DNA from: Octopus sinensis
Lineage: Eukaryota
DNA length: 64,000 bases
Reading direction: 5' to 3'
NCBI RefSeq assembly: GCF_006345805.1
Contig: NC_043016.1
Coordinates: 31,558,001 to 31,622,000, forward strand
The notes under the pieces were generated by a model. It was not told the DNA's origin. It searched no databases and saw only the letters and a program-made list of their open reading frames with translations. Positions 1 through 13,329 of the stretch are shown piece after piece. A program made the translations under genes and the position numbers. Position 1 is the first letter of the stretch. Each line of letters starts with the position of its first letter.

Positions 1-662
1 TAATGGCGTGAGTCCTGATTGGAAGAAGAAGACAGCAGCAGTGGTGGCAGTTGTGGTAATGGTGGTGGGTGAATATCAAAGGTAGTAGAATCAATCTTTA
101 CTTGTTTCCTGGAGTGGTGTTATTCATTTCACCCTTTCTGCTTTAGCAGTATTTGAAAGGGTTAGTACTGAGTGTGGTTATAAATACTGCCACAAAGCAA
201 ACTTCTTAACTAGATATCTATATGTGCCTGTATGAATTTGTTAGGTTGATTCTCTGTTAAAAAGCATTCTGTCTTGCTGGCATTTACAATACGAATACAT
301 TTATATAAACAGACAATAATATTTAATTCTATCTATTATTTTAATAGCAACATAGGTTGCTAATATAACTGGTGTACTTGTTAATTTTTATGAAAAGAAG
401 CTTTATTGCAATCAATGGTTCACCTTAAACACTGACAGAAATGAAATTCATTGCATATATATCAAGTTGGCCTTTTCCAATAAATATCTATTTCAAAACC
501 AGCAATCCTTTCGTTTTCACTTTCTCTTTACACTTTCACCAATTTCAATCATTGAATTGTGGCCACTGCTTCCTGAGGTGTAATTCATTATATCACCATC
601 TGTGATTATTTTATTGATCTCTTTTGTTGAAGTATTACATTATGGGGTAAGAGAGACACAAA

Positions 663-699
<37 letters not shown>

Positions 700-844
700 C
701 CTACACAGTTTCTATCCATGAAATTCTATTCACCAGCCATTGATCAACTAGTTATGCTATTTTGGTGCATCAACAATTGAAGAAGTCAGTATTTACTCAG
801 ACTTGTATTGTGGAGATACATATTTATTTTGACAAATTCCTGTA

Positions 845-1390
845 ATCATCATCGTCATCGTTTAATGTCCGCTTTCCATGCTGGCATGGGTTGGACGATT
901 TGACTGATCTGGCAGAGTTCCTACTGCTGGATGCCCTTCCTAATGCCAACCACTCCTAGAGTGTAGTGGGTGCATTTACGTGCCACCGGCACAAGGGCCA
1001 GTTAGGTGGTACTGGCAACAGCCACGCTCAAATGGTGCTTTTTATGTTCCACCTGCACAGGAGCCAGTCCAGTGACATTGGCAACAACCTCGCTCGAATT
1101 TTTTTTTTTTACGTGCCACCAGCACAAGTGCTAGTAAGGCAATGCAGGTAACGATCATGCTCGAATAGTGTTTTTAACATGCCATCGGCACGGAGGCCAG
1201 CTTGTTACTCTGGCAACGATCTCACTCGTATGGTATTCTTAGCGCTCCACTAGCAACGTATGCCAGTCACCAAGTTTGATTTCGATTTTGATTTCACTTG
1301 CCTCAACAGGTCTTTGCAAGCAGAGTTTAGTGTCCAATGAAGGAAAGACACGCATAAGTGGACTGATTACACCCTTGGCATAAGCCACAA
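845..1390 (-). mobile_element. Family-C repeat (RTE 3' tail-related, (GAT)n tail)
   Basis: catcatcgtttaatgtccgctttccatgctggcatgggttggacg...ctggatgcccttcctaatgccaaccac; many homologous copies in the window. Confidence 0.8.
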
Positions 1391-1456
1391 TATGTTTGCT
1401 TATTACACACTCTAATTAGAAGTTGTTATAAACTTAACTTTTTTTCTCTCTTTCAG

Positions 1457-1537
1457 TTTTTTAACTGAATGTGGGGAGCATTCAGATAAAGTTGACGAGC
1501 AATCAAAACTAGGTAGGATACTCCAGACAACTGCAAG
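1457..1537 (+). CDS. LAMTOR1: LAMTOR1 internal coding exon; upstream exons (N-terminal lipidation motif) not found in the window
   Basis: Acceptor ctctttcag|, donor |gtaact. Reads xFLTECGEHSDKVDEQSKLGRILQTTA(R), matching the LAMTOR1 DEQ..L..IL..TA segment. 81 nt. Confidence 0.85.
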
Positions 1538-1696
1538 GTAACTATTTCATTTTTCAGTCTTTCTCGGTGAATTTCTTTCACCATGTAACAAGTTGCTGAA
1601 TAATTAAAAGGAAATCTTAAGAAATTTTGAAGAATTTATGAATTTGAAACAATTTGATATCATTATTGTTCTATTTAACCTGTTCTTCTTCTCCAG

Positions 1697-1774
1697 GAAC
1701 ATCATTGACGTTGCTGCTATGGAACCACAAAGCATGGAACACAATGAATATCATGACAAAGCTAAATTGTACAG
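1697..1774 (+). CDS. LAMTOR1: LAMTOR1 coding exon
   Basis: Acceptor cttctccag|, donor |gtatgt. Reads NIIDVAAMEPQSMEHNEYHDKAKLY(S), similar to human [25 protein letters not shown]. 78 nt, phase 2 to 2. Confidence 0.93.
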
Positions 1775-3429
1775 GTATGTATGTTGAGGAATCTATTGTA
1801 TTCATGATATTTAGCTGGTTTGAGGATTATTATAAAAGATATTGTATGTATACAAAAGGCATTTAGCTTTTATGCAAAAGTTTCAAAACCAAAAAATAGC
1901 AATCTCTTAGTCTGAATCCTAATAGATTAACGACTTTGAAGGTTTGTATAAGTGTTTGATGCTTTACATATGTTTGTATGTTATCGCTATCATCAGCTTT
2001 TGATGTCCATCTTCCATGCTTGTACGAGTTGGATGGTTAGACTGGATCCAAAGAAATCAAGGCCTGCATTGTTATCTAGTGTTTCTATGGGTTTGTTTTT
2101 TGTGACACCAGCATTAGTGAGGTCACTATGCACCTCAGAAACTTAGATCCCCTTAGGTTGAATGGAACTAAGGTATGAAAGAAGGGGCCAGGAGAGAACA
2201 GGTTTCTTGTTGTGGAGGTGCTACATGACTTTGCACATTGTAGATGAGTTGATGGGAAGTAACCAGGGTGGTGCTGGGAGAACACATAAAATTAGGTGGG
2301 TGCCAGAAGAGCAGGAAGTAAAGATGGGGAGGGGTTGCAAGAGTAAGGTGAGAGTAAGGGACGGTTATAGACTGGCATTGGGTGAAGGAGAAAATATAAT
2401 GAAAATCAAGGGTTGAGGACTAATTGAATATGAATAGACAAACAGAAGATAGGAAAGATTATTAAATTCTTTTTGTGCCATGTTCACATATCTGTTAAAG
2501 TTTATGAGGTCATATGCAGGTAATTTATATATAATGAACTACATGGAATATTTTGGATAATTTGAAATATAAAGTGTGCCTTTCTTTGGATAAACATATT
2601 ATTTTAACATTGCTATGAGAAGTGAACAAGGTAGTTACACTCAGATTTTATTTTACTGTGTGCAGAAAAAGGGAGAATCTAACTGGTTTCTATTCTTACA
2701 CCTTCATCAGAAAAAGAATTATCCATCTTCTATCAACAGATAGAGATTAATAGCTTATAGTTGTTTGTAGCAAATAGTAACTAGGACTCAGCTAAAGTCA
2801 AATTATCCACAAAGACTGTGAATGTAATTATAGCTAATAAGTTGATTATAATTATGAATAGCTATAAGCTATAATCTTTGTTGACAGCTGGTGGATAGTC
2901 TTTCTCTGACTAACATCTAAGAAAACTAGAGACTTGGTCAGTTCAGTCCTGCTCTTTCTACCCAAGGAGATATAAAAACATGTATTATTACTTTGTTTAC
3001 TTTCTTCGGCTTTTAAGCCCAAGAGCTTAAAGTCTGCTTGAATAATAACTTATGCAGTTTTCTCACTTGTGATCAAAAAAGGTTTTAACACTTTTGCTGA
3101 CAATACATCTCTCAGAAGTAAACATTTCCCTATACTTCAGTTTTATCAATTTCTAATAAGATTTTCAAGAATAAATGCAAAATACATGTTATTTAAGATG
3201 TAGTAATTAAAATGTTATTCACTTCAATATTTAATATTAAATTTTTAAAAATATATTATGAAATTTTGCTATGCAAGCAACAGATAAACAGTGGAAAAAA
3301 TGTAACAGCATAATAAAATATGAATATAACAAGCAAGGAACTTTTTATCTTAAAAGCAAAACAACTAAACGTTTATGTCACATAAATATCTGGAAAATTA
3401 TCCATGAAAACAGTCTGTGCTAAGCACTA

Positions 3430-4320
3430 CCAGTTAACCCTTTTATTATAGGCATAAGGCCTGAAATTTGTGGGAGGAGGCAAATCAATAACATATACCC
3501 TAGTGGTCAATTGATACTTATATCAACACCAAAAGGATGAAAGGTGAAATTTGAACACGGAATATACAGACAAAATGTTAAACATTTTGTCCAGTGTGCT
3601 AACAATCATACCAGTATACCATCTTTAAGTACTTTGAAATAATCTTTTCAACTCTAGGCACAAGCCTGAAATTTTGGGGGAGGGGGCCAGTCGATTATAT
3701 CGACCCCAGTATGCAGCTGGTACTTAATTTATTGACCCTGAAAGGATGAAAGGCAAAGCCAACCTCAGTGGAATTTGAACTCCGAATTTAAAGACAGATG
3801 AAATATTGCTAAGCATATTGCCTAACATGCTAACGTTTCTTATTTCTTTATTGCCCACAAGCAGCTAAACATGGAGGGGACAAACAAGGACAGACAAAAG
3901 GATTGTCGATTACATTGACCCCAGTGCATAACTGGTACTTAATTTATCAACCCCGAAAGGATGAATGGCAAAGTCGACCTCGGCAGAATTTGAGCTCAGA
4001 ACAGTTCACCACCTTAGTACTATGAAATAATGAACGGTTCATGTTGTTTATCATATGGATAATATTTTAATTTTCCATTTCCATACCTATTTCTTTACTA
4101 CCCACAAGGGGCTAAACATAGAGGGGACAAGCAATGGCAGATGAATGGATTAAGTCGATTACATCGACCCCAGTGCGTAACTGGTGCTTAATTTATCGAC
4201 CCCGCAAGGATGAAAGGTAAAATCGACCTCGGCGGAATTTGAACTCAGAACGTAACAGCAGATGAAATACTGCAAAGCATTTTTCGCCCGGCGTGCTAAC
4301 ATTTCTGCCAGTTCACCTTT
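3430..4320 (-). mobile_element. Cluster of about 4 family-B SINE copies in the LAMTOR1 intron
   Basis: Repeated gaccccagtg...ctggtacttaatttatcgacccc..aaggatgaaaggcaaagtcgacctcggcggaatttgaactc; the 4085-4315 copy is close to the reverse complement of 40771-40997. Confidence 0.85.
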
Positions 4321-4794
4321 CCATTTCCATACCAGCTGGCTAATAGTATGACGACTTCACTGCTCAATAAATTGCGGTGATAAATTTAATTGGAAAACAA
4401 ATATATTTTTCTAAAAAACATTTTTAGTAAAAAAAAATATTTCTGCCATATCTCCCGGTTCAAATTTCACATAGGTCCTGAAAATTTGTTAATATCTGTT
4501 GCTTAGTATCTATTGCCCCATTTGTTTACCTATATCCTTCCTCGCCAGTTTCATTTTCTCTATCACTGGCATCAGAAATACTAATGTCTGTGTTGCACTA
4601 AATAAATTTAAAACATTTTCTCTCAGTGTTTTTGATATCCCAAGAGAAAAAAAACATCTTCAAATTCACCTTTGGAAGAATTGTTATCAGTTGTGTTGCA
4701 TGTTACTGAGAGATAGAGAGAGAAATCAGTAGATGAATGATGTGTCAAATTAGCTATTATTACTAAAATTACATGTCAAAAGTTACTAACTAAA

Positions 4795-5160
4795 GCACAG
4801 GTGTAACTGTGTGGTAAGAAGCTTGCTTCCCAACCACATGGTTCAGAGTTCATTCTCACTGTATGGTACCATGGGCAAGTGTGTTCTACCAAAGCCTTTT
4901 GAGTGGATTTGGTTGATGGAAAACAAAAGAACCCTTTTGTATGTATGTGTGTGTGTGCTTGTCCACTCCCATCCCCACCCATTGTTGGACAACCAGTGTT
5001 GGTGTGTTTACATCCCCATAACTTAGCAGTTCGACAAAAGTCACTGATAAAATAAGTATTAGGTTTAAACATAAGTATTGGTGTCGATTCATTCAACTAT
5101 AAGATATCTCGAAAGTGGCGCATGGCCACCACAGTCTAATGTTTGAAACAAGTAAAATAA
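4795..5160 (+). mobile_element. Family-A tRNA-type SINE
   Basis: Head gtgtggtaagaagcttgcttcccaaccacatggttcagagttc, internal (GT)n, tail gaaacaagtaaaa. Confidence 0.8.
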
Positions 5161-5177
5161 AACAAAATAATAATTAA

Positions 5178-6470
5178 AAAACACCCACTACACTCGCGGA
5201 GTGGTAGGCGTTAGGAAGGGCATCCAGCCGTAGAAACACTGCCAAATCTGACTGGGCCTGATGAAGCCTTCCGGCTTCACAGACCCCAGTTAAACCGTCC
5301 AACCCATGCCAGCATGGAAAACGGACGCTAAATGATGATGATGATGAAAAAATATCTAATTAGTCAATATAAAATGAACTTTTCATGGTAACTAAACATG
5401 TAAATTAATGCTATAGAATTTTATAACGAAGAGTATAATCACTTTTATGATAACTTCTGATCATTATTATCAGCTATCATTGAGCTTCTTGAACAAGTTA
5501 TCTTGTTATCAGAGTGCAGTCTTATTTTAGCTGTCATGAAATACCTTGGAGTAAGTGTTTCAGGAATCTGAGATAAAGTGAAATTTTTTAGGGAATAATT
5601 TCACTTCAAATATTTTTTACCTAAGTATTTTTAGTTGCATAGAACCATCATCATCGTTTAACATCCGTCTTCCATGCATACATGGGTAAGATGGTTCACA
5701 AGAATTGGCCAGGTAGAAAAACTACCCCAGGCTACTGTGTCTGTTTTTGGCATGGTTTCTATGGCTGGATGCCCTTCCTAACACCAATCACTCTGCAGAG
5801 TAGACTCAGTGCTTTTTACATGGCACCAGCACAGGCAAGGTCAGTTTTGGCAAGGTTTCTACAGCTGGATGCTCCTCTAAATGCCAACCACTTCACAATG
5901 TGGACTGGATGCTTTTTATGTGGCACCAGCACTGGCAGGGTCACCAAGCAGCTCACAAGACAAGGAACTATGAGTGGGGCAGGGGGACTTTTGTAAGAGG
6001 ATTGAAGGTTAGAGTGTGACAGAGAGGCAGAAACAGGTGTCTTGCTATAGAGGTCTTGCTATACCCAGTGAGAGAGAGAGAGAAGCCAAATGGAGGGAGA
6101 AAGAGTGAGAGGTGCAAGAAAGAGGACAGAAACAGGTGTGTGTTCATGTATGCATGTATCATCATTCGTTTGTTTAACGTCTGCTTTCTATGCTAGCATG
6201 GGTTGGACGATTTTGACTGAGGGCTGGCAAACCAGATAGCTGCACCAGTCTCCAATCTTGATCTGGCAGAGTTTCTACAGCTGGATGCCCTTCCTAACAC
6301 CAACCACTCTGAGAGTGTAGTGGGTGCTTTTTATGTGCCACCGGCACGGGGACCAATCAGGCGGTACTGACAATGACCTCGCTCGAATCTTTTTACACAT
6401 GCCACCGGCACATGAACCAGTGAAGCGAAGTTGGTAACGATCAAGCTCAAATGGTGCTCACGCTCGAGTC
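5178..6470. mobile_element. Three family-C copies (5178-5346 +, 5646-6130 -, 6160-6470 -)
   Basis: Shared ggaagggcatccagc / gctggatgcccttcc core and (GAT)n tails. Confidence 0.75.
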
Positions 6471-6568
6471 TAATAATGCTATAGAGATTGCATTGTATCA
6501 ACTAATTTTGAAACTGTCCAAGAATTAAGTAGCCTATGTAAATTTTAATTTTTTTGTTCCATTTTCAG

Positions 6569-6698
6569 TGACAAATTAAATAGCGCTTTAAATGGCTCTG
6601 GTCGAATCCGAACGTATAAAACACAGTTACCAAACAGTACAAATAATCCACAAGTAATTTTGTCGTCACAGCCTTTGCCTTCTACAGATCTTTTATTG
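6569..6698 (+). CDS. LAMTOR1: LAMTOR1 coding exon
   Basis: Acceptor attttcag|, donor |gtaaga. Reads DKLNSALNGSGRIRTYKTQLPNSTNNPQVILSSQPLPSTDLLL, similar to human [22 protein letters not shown]. 130 nt, phase fits neighbours. Confidence 0.9.
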
Positions 6699-7664
6699 GT
6701 AAGAATAATTTTTCTTTTTTACTAATTTACCAATATTGTTGCTTCTTTTCATTTATCTAGCCCATCATGGTTCCTATCTTTTAGCTATAAGATTGGTTTC
6801 CTTCCAAAAGTTGGCCTTGTTTTCAGTAAGAAGATTTTATTTTAGGTACTTACTATAGAACTAGGCTCTGCTGCTATTATCATTTGCATTTATTGAATTT
6901 TACTTATACTGACAATAAGGGCATATTCCAGTACCTGTACTTACTTGGAAAACATGCCATATCAGGATTACTTGAATTTATTCCAATCTTTCTTGTAAAA
7001 ATTAACTTTGTACTACTTGCTCAATATAAAACAATTATTAATGCTTGAGAACATAAGTGAATAAAGTAATCTTATTCTTATTAGGAAGGTGATAAAGCAC
7101 TTGTACGTAATGTTTAAATTTGTGAACTTAGTAAATATTTCTTTCAGTAATTTATCATAGTTGTTTGCAAATAGTGAATTAAAAACTTGAAATGAAAACA
7201 TTAAAATAGAGAGTGAAGTTGACATTTAGAAACGTTTTTAAAGAAGTGAATCAACATAAATATAAAGCGGTATTTTTTATTTTTTATTAAAAAATTACAT
7301 AAAGAGGTCAAATTATTCATGCATCACAAGTATGGAAGCAATTGGTGAAACCATTTTTGCATGTAAAGCAAATACACACACATCTATATTTTATATATTA
7401 GATTAGATAATCTACATTGTGTTCACTTCAAAAAATGGGTTCATCAGAAGAAATTATTTCTAATGTTATGATACAAGTAATGTAGGATGACAGTAAGTTT
7501 GTAGACTAACTCTATTTCCAGTTGGGAATGCATCAGTTGTGCTCTTAGAAAGAACAGGAATTTTAATCTTTTATTTTTGCTCCTTCAGTCCCTTAGACAC
7601 CCTTTAAAATAAGCTGTCGTATATAAAAGATATATTAATAAATTGTATTTCTGTTATATTTCAG

Positions 7665-7757
7665 ATTAAAAAAGCAGCTGACCAAGCCTGTGATGCTTAC
7701 AATCATATTCAAGTCAATCATAAAGAAGAATTAATAGTACCATTCAGGGTTTGTTAA
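7665..7757 (+). CDS. LAMTOR1: LAMTOR1 last coding exon (stop TAA 7755-7757)
   Basis: Acceptor atatttcag|. Reads IKKAADQACDAYNHIQVNHKEELIVPFRVC*, similar to human ..IRVDAKEELVVQFGIP. Confidence 0.88.
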   Translation: MKKAADQACDAYNHIQVNHKEELIVPFRVC

Positions 7758-8925
7758 GTCTAAACTCCCCTTCCAAAATGAATGATTTTTTTAAGAAAAA
7801 AACAAAACAAAACAAAAGACATTAGCAAAATCCAGTGTGTGCTTGCTTTCACTTACCCACACGCACACTCACTCATGGCTGCTGCATCGCTACCAGCAGA
7901 TGCTGTGCACTTATTGGTGAATGTTAACACATGTATTGGCTTGGTCACAAACACACACACACACACACATACACACATCACAAACACACACGTTTTCCCC
8001 GAAAGTTGTATCTTTCTTAACGAATGTTTCATTATAAAAATTGAAAAATAGGAAGATGTTCTTTCTTCCATCAGATTGCTGATCATGGGCTATGTGAGTA
8101 AAATGGGAGACATGATGCTGCTTGTTCAATCTAAAATTCTTTACCAGTGTCCTATTAACATACAATTAATAAAAAAGCTAGATGGTTTTCAACTATGCTA
8201 AATTTTCAAAATTTATCTTAAATGTTTTATTACCATTAATTGAAAATAAAATCTTTTGACATTTCTTTTTTTTTAAAAGATATTTGCCCATAACATATTT
8301 TTGTATTTGTTAACAACTTGAACAGTGAAAATATGCAGGCTGTAAATATTACATCCCATTATAAATCAATATTATTTTTATTTTAAAACAAAAATGGGAT
8401 AAATATGTAATTTATAGTAAAAAAAAAGAAAGAATGTAATGCAAAAGGAGTAGTCCATCTAAGTTTCTTCATGAATAGAGTAGTAAATAAAGGAGAAAAG
8501 AGAAGCATGAGAGAATGCTGAGAGAGATTGAAAATGGAGAAATGAATAACTTGTCTTCATGGCACCCCTCCCTCCCTCCCTCCCTCCACTGCTGGCTTGC
8601 ATACAAAGAATATATGAGCTTGTTTAGAGCACACTAAATTTTCACAGTGAACGTAATAACATAACTAGAAATTGCTCTTCAAGCACAGAATCAGTACAAA
8701 ATGCTTTTATTTCCTTTTATTTGGCTTGTTTGTTCAATTTGATGAAAGTACTATGAGAAAATAAAATGTATGTGTATTTTATACTTTAGGTGCAAAATTG
8801 TTAATTACAATTACAATCTCGTTTGTGGAGGTAAGATTTAAATGAGTGATATTTTGAGATACAGTAACAATAGTTGTTATAAAAAGATCGTAGTAAATTA
8901 GAATGATTGTATGCTGTGAAAACTA

Positions 8926-8958
<33 letters not shown>

Positions 8959-9130
8959 TTATATAAATTGTAGTGCTGCTCATTAGTGTGCTTGCAAATG
9001 ATGGCCAAATATAGTTTTTTGATTAATTATAATAATTTGTTACATATTTGCACCTTTTATTCTTGTAATATTTTGTATCCACTTTAAAACCCTCTTACAG
9101 TTATTTGCGAATTTATTTTGCGTGCAGCAT

Positions 9131-9179
<49 letters not shown>

Positions 9180-9255
9180 AATAAATAAAAAGAAGAAAAT
9201 GCACAATTACTTTTTTATTGTAATTAATCAAATTTTTACAAAATACATTATTACA

Positions 9256-10212
9256 TACCGTAAATCCTCAAGTATAATCTGCATTTTATCCCAAAATTTG
9301 AAGGTCAAAATCCCTAGTGCATACTATACACGAGGTTAAAAATGAAAAATATTTTCTAAGCAATGTGCGAGTCTCTATTTGCTGCCTGGCAATGTTTATT
9401 CAGACACATTTTGTCATGTTGGGCGTGAAAATACCTTAAACTATGCCTGAAAGCAATGAAGTCATAAAAGAATCATCCATAACTTGCAGTAAGCCACATT
9501 TATTAAAATAAAAGTATTCAGAACACAGAATAACATGTAAAAAAAACAATTTGCAAACATATTTACATTCCCATATAACAGTTAAGAACATCACCATTAT
9601 TGTATTACGTATGCGCGGAAGTGTTTGTTCGACTAGGTACTGTTGGCTTAATTACGCACAAATTGTGCTTAATGGTTTAGCGCTAAATAGTTCATCCTGC
9701 TGTTTGTATCGGCAGTTTACATCATTACCGTGGCAAACAATAGATACTTAATTAAATACCAGTATTAAATGTTTGAACTACTGTGGGTCTTTACTAGGGT
9801 TTTTTATAAGCATGACTTAAACCTGTACATTAAACTCCTATGAAAAATTTTATACATTACATGCCCATAAAATGCCTCGTAGATCTTATTCAGCTATATT
9901 TAAACTTGAAGTTATATCATATGCTGAAAAGCATGGTAAAAGCCGGAAGAAAATTTGATGTTGACGAAAGCAATGTCAGGTTTTGGATAAGAAATAAAGA
10001 TGAAGGTAAACAGATGCCAAAGAGAAAGAAGGCAACAAAGGACATTACTGTATACATTTTTACAAACCAAGGAGATTATATAGACCTCCTTGACTCAAGT
10101 TAGAGAAGGGGTGTGTATTATACACAAGGTTTAGGTTTTTCAGAGGTATAGCCCCCTAAAAATCCCCTGCATATTAAACTGAAGGGCGGACTATACTCGA
10201 GGATTTACGGTA
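9256..10212. mobile_element. pogo/Tigger-type non-autonomous DNA transposon with TIRs and TA target duplication
   Basis: TA-CCGTAAATCCTCAAGTATA...TATACTCGAGGATTTACGG-TA. Internal ORF 9840-10103 has an HTH-like relic (AGRKFDVDESNVRFWIRNK). Confidence 0.85.
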
Positions 10213-10230
10213 CTGGTTTCACTTTTAAAG

Positions 10231-11060
10231 TACAAGATGCATTCCAGAAGTTTTGAGACTTATTTCAAGAGAAACATTTATTGATTTCAAAGAAGTAGAA
10301 AACTCTAATCTCTTTCAAAGTTGATTACTGTCACTTCAATGCATTTGTTATAACTCTCCAATCACTTCATGAACACCGAATGGAAGCCCTCCAAAATGGA
10401 GGCTGTAACAAGCTGTCCAGGATACCTTGTCACAGCCTCCTTCATCTTCATCTTTCGAAATAGCTGCCTTTGAGGTTCCCTTTCAACTTGGAGAACAACC
10501 GAAAGTCACAGAGAGCAAGGTCTGGACTGTAGGGGGAAAAGGTGAGGGGCAGTTTTGATGCCTATCACTCTCAAGTATTTCGTTACCAGAATGAAATTAT
10601 GACTGCTGCATTGACCAGGTGCAGGTGCCACTGGCCTAAATGGAAGAGCTCTGGCCTTTTGCAACATAATCTCATCCTAAGCTCTTAAAAACCTCCAAGT
10701 ATTCTTAGTTGATCACCTGGCCCGAGGGAACCCAGTAGATGTAGGTAATGCCCTTGCTATCAAAAAATGGGCTCATAATGAGCTTTCCAGTGGACTTGCT
10801 TTGCCTGGCATTCTTGGGTTTGGGGGAGCCACGATACTTCCACTGGGCACTCTGTCTCTTGGTCTCTGGATCATATCAGCAGATCCAGCTTTTGTCACAA
10901 GTTACCAGAGACCCATGTACTCTTGGATTGGAGGTAATAAGCTTAACCATCTCCCTGTTGTCAACAATGAATCTTTCCTTCAGTTTATCATTAAGCACCC
11001 TGGGGACAAAGATTAGTAGGGTGTGTTCAAAGTGTTACAACAATCTCCTTCAACCTGGAA
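10231..11060 (-). mobile_element. Decayed mariner transposase (3' part with one end)
   Basis: Broken - strand frames give LVTCDKSWIC*YDPETKRQSAQWK..GSPKPKNARQSKSTGKL and PYSPDLALCDFRLFSKLK, matching mariner catalytic-domain motifs. Begins TA-caagatgcattccagaagttttgagac. Confidence 0.85.
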
Positions 11061-11313
11061 TAAAAGTTTTGGGGTGGGTGGGGGTCAGCTTATTAGATGT
11101 CGAGAAAATGATATACTTAAATTACAATAATCCAGGACAGTTATAATTGCCTCTCTTAAAAAAAAAAAGTTTCAAACCTAGAATGTACCTTGTACATGAT
11201 TATCAAGTATCAGAAATGAAACCAGTATGTAAGAACATTTTGGAATAATTTAATTACATACAAAAGGAATTGTTAATTTTCTTCTTATTGTGACTTGTGT
11301 GAAATATTTTAAG

Positions 11314-11366
<53 letters not shown>

Positions 11367-13329
11367 CTAACATTTATTTAACTGAGCTTCCACATTCTTT
11401 TTTTAATCTATCTAATGTCTTCATCTGAAATATTGGTGGGGAGTGACAGTGGCATAAATCACAGGTGATTCCAATATTCTATTACTACATTAGAAATAAA
11501 CTCACATTTAATTTATTTGAATACATTTAAAACCATTTCAACAGCACTATGTTAATCATATAACATAGAACATGCCTCAGTAGAGGCTGCTGGTCTGATG
11601 ACTTATGGTTTTATTTGTTAATTTATTAATTTTTTGTTTGTTTTAAAACACAGTTGAAGTTTTTTTCTTTTTTTTTTCAACTAAAAGAGGGTACAGGAAG
11701 CCAATGGCCCTTTTAGTACACCAAAAATTTATACATCTTAGATAAATTAATGAAGCTCCCAAACAGTTTATAAATTTCTTGGAGAGAAACGAACATGTTC
11801 CAGATTGATTATAGGAGGATATGAAACAAACTTGTTCTGATTCCTTATTTGTCTGTTATATTATGAAAGTTGTCACTAACCATGCAATAAAAACTGATGT
11901 TGCTTAAGCCAGTTATATCTATTTGAGCTAATAATTGTGATCAGGCATATAGATGTGATGGTATAACTGTACTGGGTATGTTTAAAAAGTATATTTTCAG
12001 ATTTCAGTTCTAGATATGTTGTTTCAATAATACCATTAATGTTCTTGAGCAGTGGACTTTAATCCTGAAGGAAGTAACCAATCTTTAAAAGTCTGTAGGG
12101 CTAATCACTTAGTTACATTTTTCATTAATAAAGTTTTTAAAATTTGCATATCTTATGGAAATGAGATGACGTAGTGAAATTACTAATTCTGGGTAGTAAG
12201 TGTCTTATACAAATACATTTGTTTGTTAATACATCTGCTAAGTTACTATAAAATTTCATAGAACTCTGAATAGCTGAGTTTGTTTAGAGTAAAACGAAGG
12301 TGGGTGACTACTCAAGTTTAAGTGGAATATGCATATCTACAGCTTGTTCCATAACTGCACTGATATTAGTGGCACATTGGATGAAACAGATGCTACAAAC
12401 AACTTGATAACTGAAACAGGCAATGTGGTTTTGAGTAAAACATTCAGCCTTATTTGCTAAAGGTTTTACTCCTGTTAACTAAAGAAACCATTATAACAGT
12501 GCTATGAGAATATTGATATGTTAAATTCTTACCCTTGAGATTTTAAGAGCAAATCCTACTACATAACAATATAAACATAATACAACACTAACTTCCTTTC
12601 CTTTTCTCTTATGACCTCACCAAAAGTTAGCATAATTTAGTGTTGATCTCTTTGGAAAAGAAGTTAATTTTCAAATACCCCTATGTATAGCTACTTGGGA
12701 TGTTTTTTTTATTTAAGTAGGTGTACAAAAAGGATGATATTCAGAATAAAAGCTACTTTAGCATCAAAAATAATCTAGTTAAGTCGATTTTATTAGGGCA
12801 TATTTTTGTTTAAAATCTTCCTAGTGGATAATACCCACATCATAAAAGAAATTAAAACTCTCAAAACCGTTTTTCTTCTCAAATTGGAAAAAGCTGTTTT
12901 TTCCAATGATCACCTGCAACTGTACTTAAAATTTCAGTACATATTTCCAACCATATATTTGTATGCCTACTATATCCTTATAATTTATTTTTGTATGTAT
13001 TCACAGCATACCTGGTTTATATTTATTTAAAGGAAAAAAAATTACTAGCATTTCAATCCAGTTTTTTTATTGTAATGTTTAAACCTTTTTTTCTTTCTTT
13101 TTTTTTTTTAATGGCTTGTACACATGCTTTTTATAAGAAATGTACTTCAACAAAAAGAACCTGATGCATTAAAGTTCCTTTATTTGTCTTAGATCCTTAA
13201 TTATTATAATTATTACTAACATTATCTTACTTGGTCGTTTCCTCTTTGAAAGCATATCACTTAAGAAAGTTATTCACATCACAAAATATGGTTTCCTAGT
13301 ATTATGCTACAAAAGAAATTATTGTCAGA

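Noticed and set aside
2670-2715. Second hammerhead-like motif on - strand (CUGAUGA..GAAAC)
   Set aside because: Helices I and II do not pair convincingly.
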